Of a stretch of 64,000 nt of DNA, positions 1 to 10,960 are shown one piece after another. Position 1 is the stretch's first letter. The number at the start of each line of letters is the position of its first letter. A model generated the notes under the pieces. The model searched no databases. It was not told the DNA's origin and saw only the letters and a program-made list of their open reading frames with translations. This stretch comes from an uncultured Chloroflexia bacterium (GTDB taxonomy: Bacteria; Chloroflexota; Limnocylindria; Limnocylindrales; CSP1-4), in assembly GCA_963712745.1 (NCBI GenBank), contig CAVQJC010000020.1, positions 384,001 through 448,000 on the forward strand, read 5' to 3'. Made by a program: the position numbers and the translations under genes.

Positions 1-1131
1 GTGGGCCAGGCCCAGGCCGGCCCAGGCCTCGGCGAACCGCCGAAGCACATCGGTGGCCGACTCGATGAGCGCCTGCACGATCGCCCCAGGCGAGGTGCCG
101 GCTTCGATGGCCGCGGCCACGGCTTCCTGTTCGAGGGCCATGACGGCGCCGGTGGGAGTGTCGCTCAGGTCCGCCATCAGCGCCTCCAGCCCGCCCTCGA
201 CCCCCGCCGCAGCCTGGGCCAGCAGCGGGCCTATGGGTGTCCGCGTCATGGTGATGTAGCGACCAGGCAGCAGGTAGGCGTGGACGATGGCACCCGCGGC
301 CCCGGCCACCTCGCGAACCTCGGCCAGGCCCGCGGCGCCGGCCATGTGCTCGTAGGTGCCCACGATGTTGACCAGCCCGGAGCGGTCGGGCCCATCGGCC
401 CCGAGCAAGGAGCAGCAGTTGTCCATCGCTCCGAGCACGGCCACGGCACCGGGCGCAAGGCCCAGTCGGCTGACCTGTGGGGCTCGCACCTCGAAGGCCG
501 CGGTCGGCAGCTCGATGGGCGGGAAGGCGCCTGCCGGCAGGCCAGCAGCGTCGAGGATGTGGTCGCTCCAGCCGTCCTGCTCGAGGTCGAAGAGCATCGT
601 CCGCGACGCCCAGGAGCGGTCCTCGACATCGGCCCCGCAGAGCTCCTGCAACGCGTACCCGCGGAGCGACCGGTAGCGGTCGACGCGCTCGGCGACGGCT
701 GGGTGCGCCCGTTGCCACCACATTGCGTGGAGCAGGAATGAGGCCACGGCCGGATCGGAGCCGGTACGGTCGAAGAGTTCCTTCGCGTCGAGGCCCGTGA
801 GCTCCGCTGCCGGAGGACCTTCCAGCGGTCGGGTGTCGGCAGGAGCCAGAGCGGGTCCGAGCGGCCGGCCGTCGCGATCCAGCGGCGCCATGGCGGTGCC
901 CAGGCAGGAGAACACCAGGGTATCGACGCGATCCTGCGGCCGACTTGCAGCCAGGTCGGCGATAAGGTTCACGACCGTCGCGAGGACGGCATCGAGGGGA
1001 TAGGCCTGCTCGCCCGGCTCGGTCGCCTGCCTGGGTGTGGCAGTGTCGTGCACGTCGAGGACTCGTCCGTCCCAGTCGGCCAGGAGCGCCTTGATGCGCG
1101 AGGAGCCGATATCGAGCGCCAGCACGCTCAC
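1..1131 (-). CDS. FGGY-family carbohydrate kinase (runs off window; frameshift near 1045)
   Basis: Manual translation gives VSVLALDIGSSRIKA (phosphate-1 loop), WASRTMLFDL and GAMDNCC; GTG start overlaps the upstream TGA; absent from the ORF track. Confidence 0.85.
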   Translation of the reverse strand, partial: MSVLALDIGSSRIKALLADWDGRVLDVHDTATPRQATEPGEQAYPLDAVLATVVNLIADLAASRPQDRVDTLVFSCLGTAMAPLDRDGRPLGPALAPADTRPLEGPPAAELTGLDAKELFDRTGSDPAVASFLLHAMWWQRAHPAVAERVDRYRSLRGYALQELCGADVEDRSWASRTMLFDLEQDGWSDHILDAAGLPAGAFPPIELPTAAFEVRAPQVSRLGLAPGAVAVLGAMDNCCSLLGADGPDRSGLVNIVGTYEHMAGAAGLAEVREVAGAAGAIVHAYLLPGRYITMTRTPIGPLLAQAAAGVEGGLEALMADLSDTPTGAVMALEQEAVAAAIEAGTSPGAIVQALIESATDVLRRFAEAWAGLGLAH

Positions 1132-1856
1132 TCCACATCGGCCCCGACGGACAGCCGGAGCTTGGCCGTCGCCTGGTCCATGTGCTCGTCCATGATCGCG
1201 CGCGCCGCGTCGGGGTCACCGGCCCTCACGGCCTCGAGGATTCGTTCGTGGTAGTGCAACGCGAGGCGCGCGATGCCGGGCACGCGCAGGGTGAGCAGGC
1301 GCACCTCGATCATGATCTCCACGAGCGAATCGAGGACGATCACGAACAGCTCATTCTGGGTCGCTCGGGCGAGGACGGCATGGAACTCCACGTCGCTGTT
1401 GATGTAGACCTCAGGAGCATCGACGTGCTCACGCATCTCGTCGAGGATCTTCTCCAGGTCGAGCAGGTCGGCATCGGTCCGGCGAGCCGCGGCCAGGTAG
1501 GCGATCTCGTTCTCGATGGTGTGACGGACCTCGCTGACCTTGTCTACGCCGGCGTCGCCTGCCTGCATCATCAGCAGCAATCGCATCGACTCGCCTGCCG
1601 ACTCGGGCGTGGGTGCACGCACCACCGTGCCGCGTCCCACGGCCACGTCCACCAGATGCTTGGCCGCGAGGGCCCGCACGGCCTCGCGCACGACCGTGCG
1701 GCTGACCCCGAACTGGCTGGCCAACTCCCGCTCCGAGGGCAAGCGATCGCCCGGCCCCAGACGGCTTTCGAGGATGAGACGCTCGAGCTCCTGTTCGACG
1801 CGCTGAGCCAGGGTCGCGTCGCGCGCGAGCTCGTCGACCAGTCGACCCGAGGTCAC
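1128..1856 (-). CDS. GntR/FadR-family transcriptional regulator
   Basis: GDRLPSERELASQFGVSRTVVREA HTH plus FCD domain (DVEFH, HERIL). Confidence 0.92.
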   Translation of the reverse strand: MTSGRLVDELARDATLAQRVEQELERLILESRLGPGDRLPSERELASQFGVSRTVVREAVRALAAKHLVDVAVGRGTVVRAPTPESAGESMRLLLMMQAGDAGVDKVSEVRHTIENEIAYLAAARRTDADLLDLEKILDEMREHVDAPEVYINSDVEFHAVLARATQNELFVIVLDSLVEIMIEVRLLTLRVPGIARLALHYHERILEAVRAGDPDAARAIMDEHMDQATAKLRLSVGADVE

Positions 1857-2925
1857 GACTCGGCGCCACCTCCCGTCGGGGCCGCGGCAGCCGCAGGTGG
1901 CGGCCGCCGCCGGGGCCTCCTCGGCCACCGGCGCCCGGAAGCGCACACGCTGGGCGTCGATGAACATGGCGAAGAGGATGATCAGGCCCGATGACGTCGA
2001 TCCAGAAGACCTCGACGCGCATCAGGTTGAGACCGCGCTCGATGGTCGAGAGCAGCAGCACGCCGCCGAGCACGCCGAGCATCGTGCCGCGACCACCCTG
2101 CAGGCTGACGCCGCCGATGACGCAGGCGGCGAAGATGGTGAAGATGTAGCCCTCGCCGGGTTGATCTGGACCGAGGCGATGCGGCCGGCCAGCATGATGC
2201 CGGCCAGCGCGGCCAGGAAGCCGCTGATCATGTAGACCTGCCGGATGCGCCGGTTGGCGTCGATGCCCGAGGCGATGGCCGCCTGCCGGTTGCCGCCGAC
2301 CGCGTAGATGTCGCGACCGAACTTGCGGTAGGTCAGGACGACGTGGCCGATGATGAAGACGACCAGCATGGCGATCACGGCCACAGGCACGTTGCCGAGC
2401 CAGGGCACGGCGACGGTCTCGTGGCCCAGCCAGTAGAAGATGTCCGCGCCCTCATGGTGATGGCGTTGACGGCGTTGCCCTTGGTGAAGGCCAGCATCAG
2501 GCCGCGCAGGATGAGCAGCATGGCAAGGGTCACGATGAAGTTGTTCATGCGCCCATAGGTGATGAGCGCACCGATCACGTAGCCGATGCCGACACCCATC
2601 GCCAGCATCAGGACGATGGACACGATGGCGGTACGCCGAAGCCGCTGCCGAACCAGGGCGCCACGGTCGGCACCATGATCCAGAGGCCGAGCAGCGCGGA
2701 GAGGCCCAGCGTCGACTCCTGCGAGAGGTCGAAGTTGCCGGTGATGAGCACGAACGTCTGACCCACGGCCACAACGCCGAGGACCGCGGCGGCCGAGAGG
2801 ATGTTGACGATGTTGATGGGCGTGAGGAAACGGTCCGACCCGATGACGAAGAAGATGAAGACCCCCAGCAGGATGAACCAGATGAGGTTGTCCAGGATGG
2901 TCGGTACGTACCTACGCCACTGCAT
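1853..2925 (-). CDS. Monosaccharide ABC transporter permease (RbsC-like), frameshifted
   Basis: Fragments GQTFVLITGNFDLS, FIVTLAM, FGRDIYAVGGN in successive frames. Confidence 0.88.
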
Positions 2926-4463
2926 GTGCAGCCTCCCCTGCGCCACCCTCGATGGCCGCCAGGATCGTCGCTGGGGTCATCTCGTCCTGTGCCCTTGCTG
3001 GAACTCCTGGTGATCTCGACCGCGGTAGAAGACGACGATGCGGTCGCAGGTGTCGATGAGCTCGCTGAGCTCGTCGGAGACGATGGCCACGGCCACCCCG
3101 TGCCGCGGTGAGCTGATCGACGATGCGCAGGATCTCCACCTTGGCCTGCACGTCGACGCCCTGGGTCGGCTCATCGAGGAGCAGGACGCGTGGCTCGGTG
3201 GCGGCCAGCTTGGCCACCACCACCTTCTGCTGGTTGCCGCCGCTGAGGCTCTCGACGTGGGTCGATGTGGACGGGGTCACGATGCCGAGCCGGTCGACGT
3301 AGCTCGTCGACCAGCTGAGCGTTCCTCGCCGCCGTCGATCATGCCCAGCCAGCGAGTGAGTCGACCGATGACGGACATGCTGATGTTGTCGCGCACGCTG
3401 CGGATGGCGACGATGCCGAGGCCGTGGCGGTCGCGTGGCAGATAGGCCAGGCCCTGCTCCAGCGCGTGGCTGGGTGCGTCGGGATGGAAGGGCTTACCGT
3501 CGAGTAGTGACCTCGCCGTCGCCCAGGGCCTCGAGCGCGTAGAGCCCACGCGCCAGCTCGCCCGGGCCGCTACCCTCCAGACCGGTGAGACCCACGACCT
3601 CGCCCGGCGTGCAGCGTGAGGTCGACGTCCTGGTAGGCGCCTGGGTCGGCTCACGCCCTTGATGCGCAGCACCGGTTCGCCGACGTCTCGGCGAGTGCCG
3701 TTGGAAGCGCTCGACGCTGGTACCGCTGATCATGCGGATGAGGTCCGGCTGGGTCAGCTCGGCGACCGGCACCGGTTCCGACCTCCTCGCCGTTGCGCAG
3801 CACGGTGGCACGGTCGGCGATCTCGAAGACCTCTTCGAGGTAGTGACTGATGTAGATGAAGGAGGCACCCGCTTCACGCTGTCGACGCACGAAGTCAAAG
3901 AGCAGTGCGACCTCGTGCTTGGGCAGCGGCGCGGTGGGCTCGTCCAGGATGATGACGCTGGCGTCGGCGAAGAGCGCGCGCGCAGATCTCGATGATCTGC
4001 CGCTCGGCGACGGTCATCGTCGCTCCATGCGACTTGCTCGACGTCGATGTCCAGACCGAATCGCTCCAGTCGCTCGGACGCTTCTCGCCGGAGTCCACGC
4101 CAGTCGACGAAGCCGCCCTGGCGCGTGGGCATCTGGCCCATGAAGAGGTTCTCGGCGACCGAGAGCTCCGGGCACGAACCGCGCGTGCTGGGCCACGATG
4201 GCGATGCCCACCTCCTGGCTGCGCGAGCGTGGTCATGTGCTCGATGAGCTCACCGCGGACCTTGATAGTCCCCGAGTCCGGAGGGTAGAGACCCGTGAGG
4301 ATGTTCATCAGCGTCGACTTGCCCGCGCCGTTCTTGCCCACCAGGGCATGGATCTCCCCTCGACGGACGTCGAAGGAGACGCCGTCGAGCGCACGCACGC
4401 CCGGGAATGTCTTGACTGATGTCGGTCATCTCGACGACGTGCTCGCCGTTGACCTCTGTCCAT
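2912..4463 (-). CDS. Monosaccharide ABC transporter ATP-binding protein (RbsA-like), frameshifted
   Basis: GKNGAGKST Walker A; LSGGNQQK and [12 protein letters not shown] in the second domain. Confidence 0.9.
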
Positions 4464-4564
4464 CGCTGCCTACCCCGTCCTCTGTCGTCGGAGGGGCGCC
4501 CCGTTGCTGCGGAGCGCCCCTCCGAACGGTGGTTCACCCGAAAACGGATGGGTGCCGCTGTCGG

Positions 4565-5644
4565 CTACTCGCCACTCGGCCGCCGCGGCAGCCTCGACGT
4601 TGCCCCACAGGCGCGGATCGTCGACGTTGTCTGGCGCCGACCGACGTGGTGGACAGGAACAGCTGCGGTCCGATCTCGCTGTCCTCGATGCGGGCCGGCG
4701 ACCACAGGGCGCCATCCTGCTCGATGATCTGCGGAACTCGATCGTGCCTGGCCCATCAGCTCCTGCTCGATGAAGTCCGCAGCGACGACACCGAAGTCGG
4801 GGATGGGCTGGTTCGAGGCCTGGTCGGAGTAACCATCACGGATGGCATCGAGCGCCTGCAGGCAGGCGTCCACGCCGGTCAGGATAGATGTGGCCTTCCT
4901 CGTCGCGCGTGACGAGCAGTCCGAGCTCGTCCAGGGACCTGCAGGGTACCCGGGCGTGTACACGCAGTCGGAGTGCATGTAGATGCCGTCGAGCTCCTCG
5001 GCGGAGGCGACGTCACGCACGATGTCGACGCCCTTCGCGGCATCCCAGTCGCCGATCTTGGTGATGACCTCGATGTTCTCGGATACTGATCCACGATGTC
5101 GTGGAAGCCGCCGCCGCGCAGCTGGGCCACGTTCTGACCCATGTTACCGGTGATCTCCAGGACGTGCCCATGGGCTCGCCGTACTTCTCGGTCAGCAGGT
5201 CGACCATGGCCTGACCCGACTGCTGGCCGGCCAGGAAGTTGTCGCTCAGCACGGTCATGTTGATGGCGCAGCCACTGGGCGCGCGGTCGATGGTGTAGAA
5301 GGGGACGCCTGCGGCCTGGGCCTCGTCGACCGCGACGCAGACGCCGGCGCTGTCCTCGGGCACGTTCACGATGGCGTCCACGCCCAAGCGCCAGGTAGTC
5401 CCTGATCTGCTCGATCTGCAGGTTGGCGTCGCCGTTGGAGGTGATGGTCTGGGATCTCCCAGCCCTTGGCCGCCCCACCGTCGACCATGCCCTGCTGGAT
5501 CTGCAGCTGAGCGCCGACGAGGTCCGGCGCCGAGTAGCCGATGAGAACCTGGTCATCCTGTGCGATCGCCGGTGCGGCACCCAGGGCGCCCACCAGCAGT
5601 ACGGTCGATGCCGCGATCGCAAATGTCTTCCTCAACTCCTTCAC
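4565..5644 (-). CDS. Sugar ABC transporter substrate-binding protein (RbsB-like), frameshifted
   Basis: Signal peptide ending APAIA-QDD; SDNFLAGQ and LRGGGF motifs. Confidence 0.85.
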
Positions 5645-5965
5645 GTCCTTTCTGCGCCCGTAGGAGGCGCGGTACGTCAGGTGTAGGGCCAATCTCTCTG
5701 GGCCCACCCCGATGAAGCTCTCTCTGCTCCCTCAGATCGTCTCCTCAGGATCGGTCAGTGCCTGCTGCCCTCCTCTCGCTGCGCCAGCGCACGGGCGCGC
5801 GGCATCGCCTCCACGGTGTGGTGAGCGTCGATGTGGCGGGTCGAGCGTTCGCGCGCGATGCAGCGGCCACCTCCTCTGGCGGCCCGATGCTCGTGTCCGC
5901 GATGTCCCACAGCGCCTCCTCGCTGATGCTCCCGTCCGGCAGCCCCCGCTGCCGGCATCCCGCGT

Positions 5966-5985
5966 GTGGTCAGATGGCATACCAC
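5966..5985. promoter_or_regulatory. Candidate FadR/GntR operator upstream of the sugar ABC operon
   Basis: GTGGT-N10-ACCAC inverted repeat containing TGGCATACCA, in a non-coding gap. Confidence 0.4.
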
Positions 5986-6040
5986 CATACAGGGAACCTC
6001 GGAGTCAATCACGTCCGATCCGCTGGGGGATCGGACGGCG

Positions 6041-6955
6041 TCAGCCGGTAACACTGGTGGGCCGTCCCTGGAACAGCTCGAAGCGCAGCCCATCGGGGCC
6101 CACGAAGTAGATGGCGTGGGCACCCTTGTTGATGCCGGCGGTAACGGCAGCGGGCGGACCCACGAACTCGACGCCGGCTGCGGTCATCTCGTCACAGGTG
6201 GAGTGGATGTCATCGACCATGAAACAGCAGTGCAGGGCGCCGACATTGTGGTTGGCCGGATCGGCCGAGATGGCATCAGGCTTCGCGAACTCGAGCAGCT
6301 CGAGCCCGACGGCCGACCCCGGGAAGGTCAGGAAGGCCACCTGCAAGCGCGCCCCGGCTTCGCCGGCGGACCCCGCGTAATACACATCGTCGTACGCCAT
6401 ACGCTCGTCGAGTCCGAATCCAAGGACGCCCACCATGAAGTCGATGGTCCGCCCGAGGTCCGCCACCTGGTACCCGACGTGGTGGATCCGCTGGAGCCGG
6501 CCGCCGCCGGCCGAACCATCTTCGGCGACCAGCTCGATCAGCAGGTCCGCCGGGCCGCGCAGGTACGCCCCGGACCAGCCGGACCAGGGGCCGTGCTCGA
6601 TACGCCGCGGCTCGGTGAGCACGGTCACGCCCTGCCCGCGGGATCGCTCGAGCACGGCGCTCAGGTCGTCGACCTGCCAACAGACGTGCGGGCTACCAGG
6701 CCGACCGAAGCCGGCACCACTGGGCTTGCCCGGCGGGCTGAGGTACTGGAGCACCTCGAGCGGTGTGGCGTCACCATCGATGAGGGCGAAGCCGATGCGG
6801 ATGCGGCAGTCCGGCAGCCCGTTCACATCCGAGAGGTACGGCTGGTCGCTCAGCTGGGTGCGCCCGTGCTCGATGCCCAAGTCCTCGATGTAGAAGCGCA
6901 TGGCCGCATCCAGGTCATCGACGGCGCAGCCGACATGGGCGAGTCCGGTGATCAT
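6041..6955 (-). CDS. Tandem VOC/glyoxalase-family protein (epimerase/isomerase-like)
   Basis: Two repeats, each with H...E...H...E metal ligands (HVGCAV/LEVLQY/HVCWQV/LIELV; HHVGYQV/LELLEF/HCCFMV/FELFQ). Confidence 0.85.
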   Translation of the reverse strand: MITGLAHVGCAVDDLDAAMRFYIEDLGIEHGRTQLSDQPYLSDVNGLPDCRIRIGFALIDGDATPLEVLQYLSPPGKPSGAGFGRPGSPHVCWQVDDLSAVLERSRGQGVTVLTEPRRIEHGPWSGWSGAYLRGPADLLIELVAEDGSAGGGRLQRIHHVGYQVADLGRTIDFMVGVLGFGLDERMAYDDVYYAGSAGEAGARLQVAFLTFPGSAVGLELLEFAKPDAISADPANHNVGALHCCFMVDDIHSTCDEMTAAGVEFVGPPAAVTAGINKGAHAIYFVGPDGLRFELFQGRPTSVTG

Positions 6956-6967
6956 CGATGGCTCCTT

Positions 6968-7762
6968 CTAGAACGCCGCGAGGTTGCCGCCATCGACCAC
7001 CAGCACGTGCCCGGTCGTCCAGGCGGCGGCATCGGAGGCGAGGAAGATGACCGGGCCGACGATGTCCTCGACGTCCGCCAGCCGACCCAGCGGCAGCCGG
7101 CTCAGGAAGTACGCCTCCGTCTCCGGTTTGGACTCCATCAACTCGAGGACCAGCGGGGTCTTGATCTGTGCCGGGGCGACCGCGTTGACGCGGATGCCGT
7201 GGTGTGCCCACTCGACGGCGAGGTCGCGGGTGAGGGCGATGACGCCGCCCTTGCTGGCGGAGTAGTTGGCGTTGCCCGTGGTGAGCCCGACCAGCGCCGC
7301 CACCGAGGCGATGTTCACGATGACCCCTCCCGACCCACGGTCGATCATGTGCCTGCCGACCTCCTGGTCGAACAGCCACACCCCTCGCAGATTGATGTCG
7401 ATGACGCGGTCCCATTGCTCGATGCGCATGTCCTCGGCGGAGTTGCGATCCCCCACGCCGGCGTTGGCCACGAGGATGTCGATCTTGCCAAGCGCATCGA
7501 TCGCCTGCTCGACGGCCGAGCGGACCTGCTGCTGGTCGCTGACGTCGCAAGTCAGGCTGACCGCTCTCCCTCCCGCCGCGTTGAGGTCGTCGGCGGCACG
7601 GCCGGCGCTCTCGGCATCGATATCCACTACCGCCACGTCGGCACCGAACTGGGCGAGGCCCTCCGCTATCCCCCGGCCCAGACCCTGGCCAGCGCCGGTG
7701 ACCAGCGCGGAGCGCCCGGCGAGGCTGAAGACGTCTCGCAGGTCCCTGATCTGCATGGGCAT
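6968..7762 (-). CDS. SDR-family oxidoreductase
   Basis: TGAGQGLG, NAG, YSASK. Confidence 0.93.
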   Translation of the reverse strand: MPMQIRDLRDVFSLAGRSALVTGAGQGLGRGIAEGLAQFGADVAVVDIDAESAGRAADDLNAAGGRAVSLTCDVSDQQQVRSAVEQAIDALGKIDILVANAGVGDRNSAEDMRIEQWDRVIDINLRGVWLFDQEVGRHMIDRGSGGVIVNIASVAALVGLTTGNANYSASKGGVIALTRDLAVEWAHHGIRVNAVAPAQIKTPLVLELMESKPETEAYFLSRLPLGRLADVEDIVGPVIFLASDAAAWTTGHVLVVDGGNLAAF

Positions 7763-7767
7763 GGCTC

Positions 7768-8883
7768 CTACTGCTGCACCAGACCCGGCGCGGCGGGGGT
7801 CTCGGGGAGCTCCCAGTCGTCGTGTGGCGTGACCAGGATCTTGATCTCATCCTTGTCCTCAACCAGGGCCTCGAACCCTCGGGTGATGGCATCATCGAGG
7901 TGGATGTGTCGGGTGACGAGCGGCCTGACATCGATGCGGCCATCGACGAGGTACTTCACGGCCGTGCGGAAGTCCTCGTCATAGGTATGGGAGACGGAGC
8001 CGACGATCTGCTTCTCTTTCTGAAACAGGTCGAGGGCGTCGACCACGTACGGTTCCCGTGGCACGCTGACCACGACGAGCCGGCCGCCGGGGGCGGTCGA
8101 GCGGAGTCCGGCCGCGAACGAGACGGCGCTGGCCCCCGTCTCCAGGACGACGTCGGCGCCCCTCCCCCCGGTCAGGTCGAGGAGCGCGTCGGGCCAGCCA
8201 GCATCGTCGCCGTCGAACGCCTCTGTGGCCCCCAGGTCGCGTGCGACCCGCAGGCGGCGCGGGTTGAGTTCGGCGACGTAGACATCCGAGGCACCGGCGA
8301 TACGTGCCACGGCCAGGCAGGCCAACCCGATCGGGCCCGCCCCGATGACCAGGACACGGTGTCCGGGGCGGATCCCGCCACGGCGGGCGGCATGCACGCC
8401 TACTGCTACCGGTTCGGCAAGAGCCGCGATGTCCTCGGGGAAGCCCGCCGGCAGCGGGAAAGCGTTGTGGGCCGGCATGTTCACGAAGCGGGCGAAAGCG
8501 CCATCGCTCGACATGCCGATAGCACCCGTCTGGGGACACAGCGAGAAGTAGTGGCGCTGGCAGTAATGGCACGCCCCGCAGGCAACGACGACCTCGCTGG
8601 CCACCGGCTGGCCGATCCGCAGTCCGTCGGCGCCCTCTCCGAGCCGAGCGATACGCCCAGAGAACTCGTGGCCCAGCACCAGCGGGGTCTTGCGCCCGGT
8701 CAGGGGATGAGGTTCGTCCACCGGAAAGATCCCGAGTCCGAACTGCCAGCCCTCGATGTCGGTCCCGCAGACCCCGCACCATGAGACCTCGATGGTGACT
8801 TCGCCCGGCCCAGGCGGCGGCGGCTCTGGCCAGTCCGTCTCGAGGCGGATGTCGTGCTGCCCGTAGAGCACGACGGCCTTCAT
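7768..8883 (-). CDS. Zn-dependent alcohol/polyol dehydrogenase (butanediol/sorbitol DH-like)
   Basis: MKAVVLYG start, CGVCGTD, GHEFSG, CGACHYC, GAGPIG. Confidence 0.92.
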   Translation of the reverse strand: MKAVVLYGQHDIRLETDWPEPPPPGPGEVTIEVSWCGVCGTDIEGWQFGLGIFPVDEPHPLTGRKTPLVLGHEFSGRIARLGEGADGLRIGQPVASEVVVACGACHYCQRHYFSLCPQTGAIGMSSDGAFARFVNMPAHNAFPLPAGFPEDIAALAEPVAVGVHAARRGGIRPGHRVLVIGAGPIGLACLAVARIAGASDVYVAELNPRRLRVARDLGATEAFDGDDAGWPDALLDLTGGRGADVVLETGASAVSFAAGLRSTAPGGRLVVVSVPREPYVVDALDLFQKEKQIVGSVSHTYDEDFRTAVKYLVDGRIDVRPLVTRHIHLDDAITRGFEALVEDKDEIKILVTPHDDWELPETPAAPGLVQQ

Positions 8884-9929
8884 CTGGCCGGTCCGCCCGC
8901 CCGAGCCTCGCGAATCATCTTGCGTACCCCGTTCCAGCCGTCGATGAAGGCGTCGCGAAAGTGCTGGACCGGGCCGAACCCCTCGAAGTCCTCGATCGGC
9001 AGCGCTGCCGGGTCGAGCGCCTGGCGCATCTCGGGGAAGGCCTCGGTCAACGTCCTGATGACGGCTGGGTCGACCGGGTCGGTGACCGTCACCTGCGCGG
9101 GCAGATCGTGTTCGACGAGCTCGGCCGCGGTGGACCAGTTGATGGTCGCGGCCATGCCCCCGCCGATGAGCCCACTGAAGTCGAGCTCGATGCGGGCACC
9201 ACCGTAGAGCAGCGTGACCGGGTACTCGCGCTCGCGCACGACCTCGTAGCAGGCGCGGGACACGATGACCCCGGCCAGCTCCATGGCCTCGACCGGCACG
9301 TCCAGCCCGTCGCGCGCGGCGAGCGACTTCAGGTGGTCGCCGAGGATGCCGGTGATGGGGCTCATGAAGAAGGGCGGACGCACGCCCGTCTTGTCGGTCA
9401 CCGCCAGCCAGCGCTCGCAGGTCTCGATGACCTGGGCGGTGCTGAAGACCTCGGTGACGATGACCTGGCTGCCCTCGGCCACGATGGTCTCCATGGCCTC
9501 GTAGCCGGGCACGGTGGCCGGGATCTTGGGCGTGGCGTTGGGGGCGATGGTGCGTGCCGCACGGGCCTCTTCGAGGATGACCGCGCCGTCGGTGTCGGAC
9601 TCGGGCGCACCCTGGATGGAGACGAAGCCCTCCCGGCCCTCGGTCTGCTCGTAGAGCGGGCCGAAGCGCTCGCAGATGCGGCCCACGAGCCGGCGCTGGA
9701 CGAGATCGGCCACGACCTCGTCGTCGTCGGACTCGGGCAGGCACGCGCGCACGATGGGCAGCACCTCACTGGGTGCGCGCTTGACGAGGTTGCCGCCGTA
9801 GCCGGGGTTGGTGGTGCAGCCCATGGCCCCGTGGGCGAGGGCCAGGTCCATCTCCTCGATGGTCGGGTTGTTGATCCAGAAGCGGCCGCCGGTCTCGGCC
9901 CGGACCCGCTCGAAGTAGTGCTCGCTCAT
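8880..9929 (-). CDS. Transaldolase/FSA-family protein with variant active site
   Basis: TTNP and Schiff-base Lys (PKIPAT) conserved. Confidence 0.85.
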   Translation of the reverse strand: MSEHYFERVRAETGGRFWINNPTIEEMDLALAHGAMGCTTNPGYGGNLVKRAPSEVLPIVRACLPESDDDEVVADLVQRRLVGRICERFGPLYEQTEGREGFVSIQGAPESDTDGAVILEEARAARTIAPNATPKIPATVPGYEAMETIVAEGSQVIVTEVFSTAQVIETCERWLAVTDKTGVRPPFFMSPITGILGDHLKSLAARDGLDVPVEAMELAGVIVSRACYEVVREREYPVTLLYGGARIELDFSGLIGGGMAATINWSTAAELVEHDLPAQVTVTDPVDPAVIRTLTEAFPEMRQALDPAALPIEDFEGFGPVQHFRDAFIDGWNGVRKMIREARAGGPAR

Positions 9930-10960
9930 GCGTCCTCCTCGTTGACCGCGACCAGCACCTTGGGTCGCTCGCGGCCGCGCTCCCTCGACCTCGCCAGCGC
10001 CGCCTCCACCTCGTCGAAGGGGTAGACGCGGTCGATGAGCAGCTCCGGCTTGATCTCGCCCGATTCGATGGCGGCCAGTCCGTGGGGGTACTGGCCGGGT
10101 CCGTTGAGCACGCCCTTGATGGTGATGTCGCGGACTGCGATGGCGGCTGCGTCTACCTCCACGAGCGTGGTAGGAACGCCCAGCAGTGCCACCCGCCCCC
10201 CTGGCGCCACGTGGGCCAGGGACGCCTGCACGCCGTCAGGCGTCCCGGCAGCCTCGAGGACCACGTCGAACTCCTCCACGGCAGCCTTGGTGCCGGCTAT
10301 CCAGGGGATAGCCCCGGCAGCCTCCACCGTGGGTGCCCGAACCTCGTTGCGCAGCAGCACGTGCGTACGGATACCGCGCGCCGAGAGGATCATCGCGCCG
10401 GCCAGGCCCAGCGTTGCCGAGCCCACGATGAGCACGTCCTCACCCGGCTGCGGATCGGTACGCCGGATGCCCTCGAGCGTGGTCACCATCGGCTCCACCA
10501 GCGCGGCATCGCGCGTGGTCACGTCGTCGGGGATGGGTAGCAGGTACCTGCTCGGCACCGCCACCACCGTGGCCAGGGCCCCGTCGAGCCCGTTGCGCAC
10601 CCCTATCTCGAGGCGCTGGACGCAGCGCACCACCAGGCCGTTCGTACACAGCTCACAGTCGGCACGGCCACAATCGATGATGGGATCGAGGATGACGCGC
10701 GTACCTGCGGCCAGCTCTTCGGTCGGCTGCAGCAGGGTGCCGGACCACTCGTGGCCCGGCTGCAGGGGGTACATCGCGAAGCCCTGGTGCAGGTAGGGCA
10801 TGCTGCCGTCGAAGAGGTCCAGGTCAGTGCCGCACAGACCGACGTACGACGGTGCCGCCAGCACGTATCCGGGCGGGACCGCAGGTAGCGGCTTGTGGAC
10901 GATCTCGAAACGGTCGGGCCCGGTGATGTGAACAGCGCGGACTGACGAGGGCAGGCTCAT
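9926..10960 (-). CDS. Zn-dependent alcohol dehydrogenase family protein
   Basis: GLCGTD, GHEWSG, Cys cluster; start MSLPSS overlaps the upstream stop. Confidence 0.9.
   Translation of the reverse strand: MSLPSSVRAVHITGPDRFEIVHKPLPAVPPGYVLAAPSYVGLCGTDLDLFDGSMPYLHQGFAMYPLQPGHEWSGTLLQPTEELAAGTRVILDPIIDCGRADCELCTNGLVVRCVQRLEIGVRNGLDGALATVVAVPSRYLLPIPDDVTTRDAALVEPMVTTLEGIRRTDPQPGEDVLIVGSATLGLAGAMILSARGIRTHVLLRNEVRAPTVEAAGAIPWIAGTKAAVEEFDVVLEAAGTPDGVQASLAHVAPGGRVALLGVPTTLVEVDAAAIAVRDITIKGVLNGPGQYPHGLAAIESGEIKPELLIDRVYPFDEVEAALARSRERGRERPKVLVAVNEEDA

Noticed and set aside
1853-5644. Sugar ABC genes as pseudogenes or programmed frameshifts
   Set aside because: Many scattered single-base indels with motifs intact and no consistent slippery site; sequencing error is more parsimonious
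5966-7984. 672-aa plus-strand ORF, and similar long ORFs at 51184-53199, 51888-54311, 53665-55782 and 34062-35609
   Set aside because: Antisense or off-frame shadows of well-supported genes, typical of high-GC DNA; no motifs
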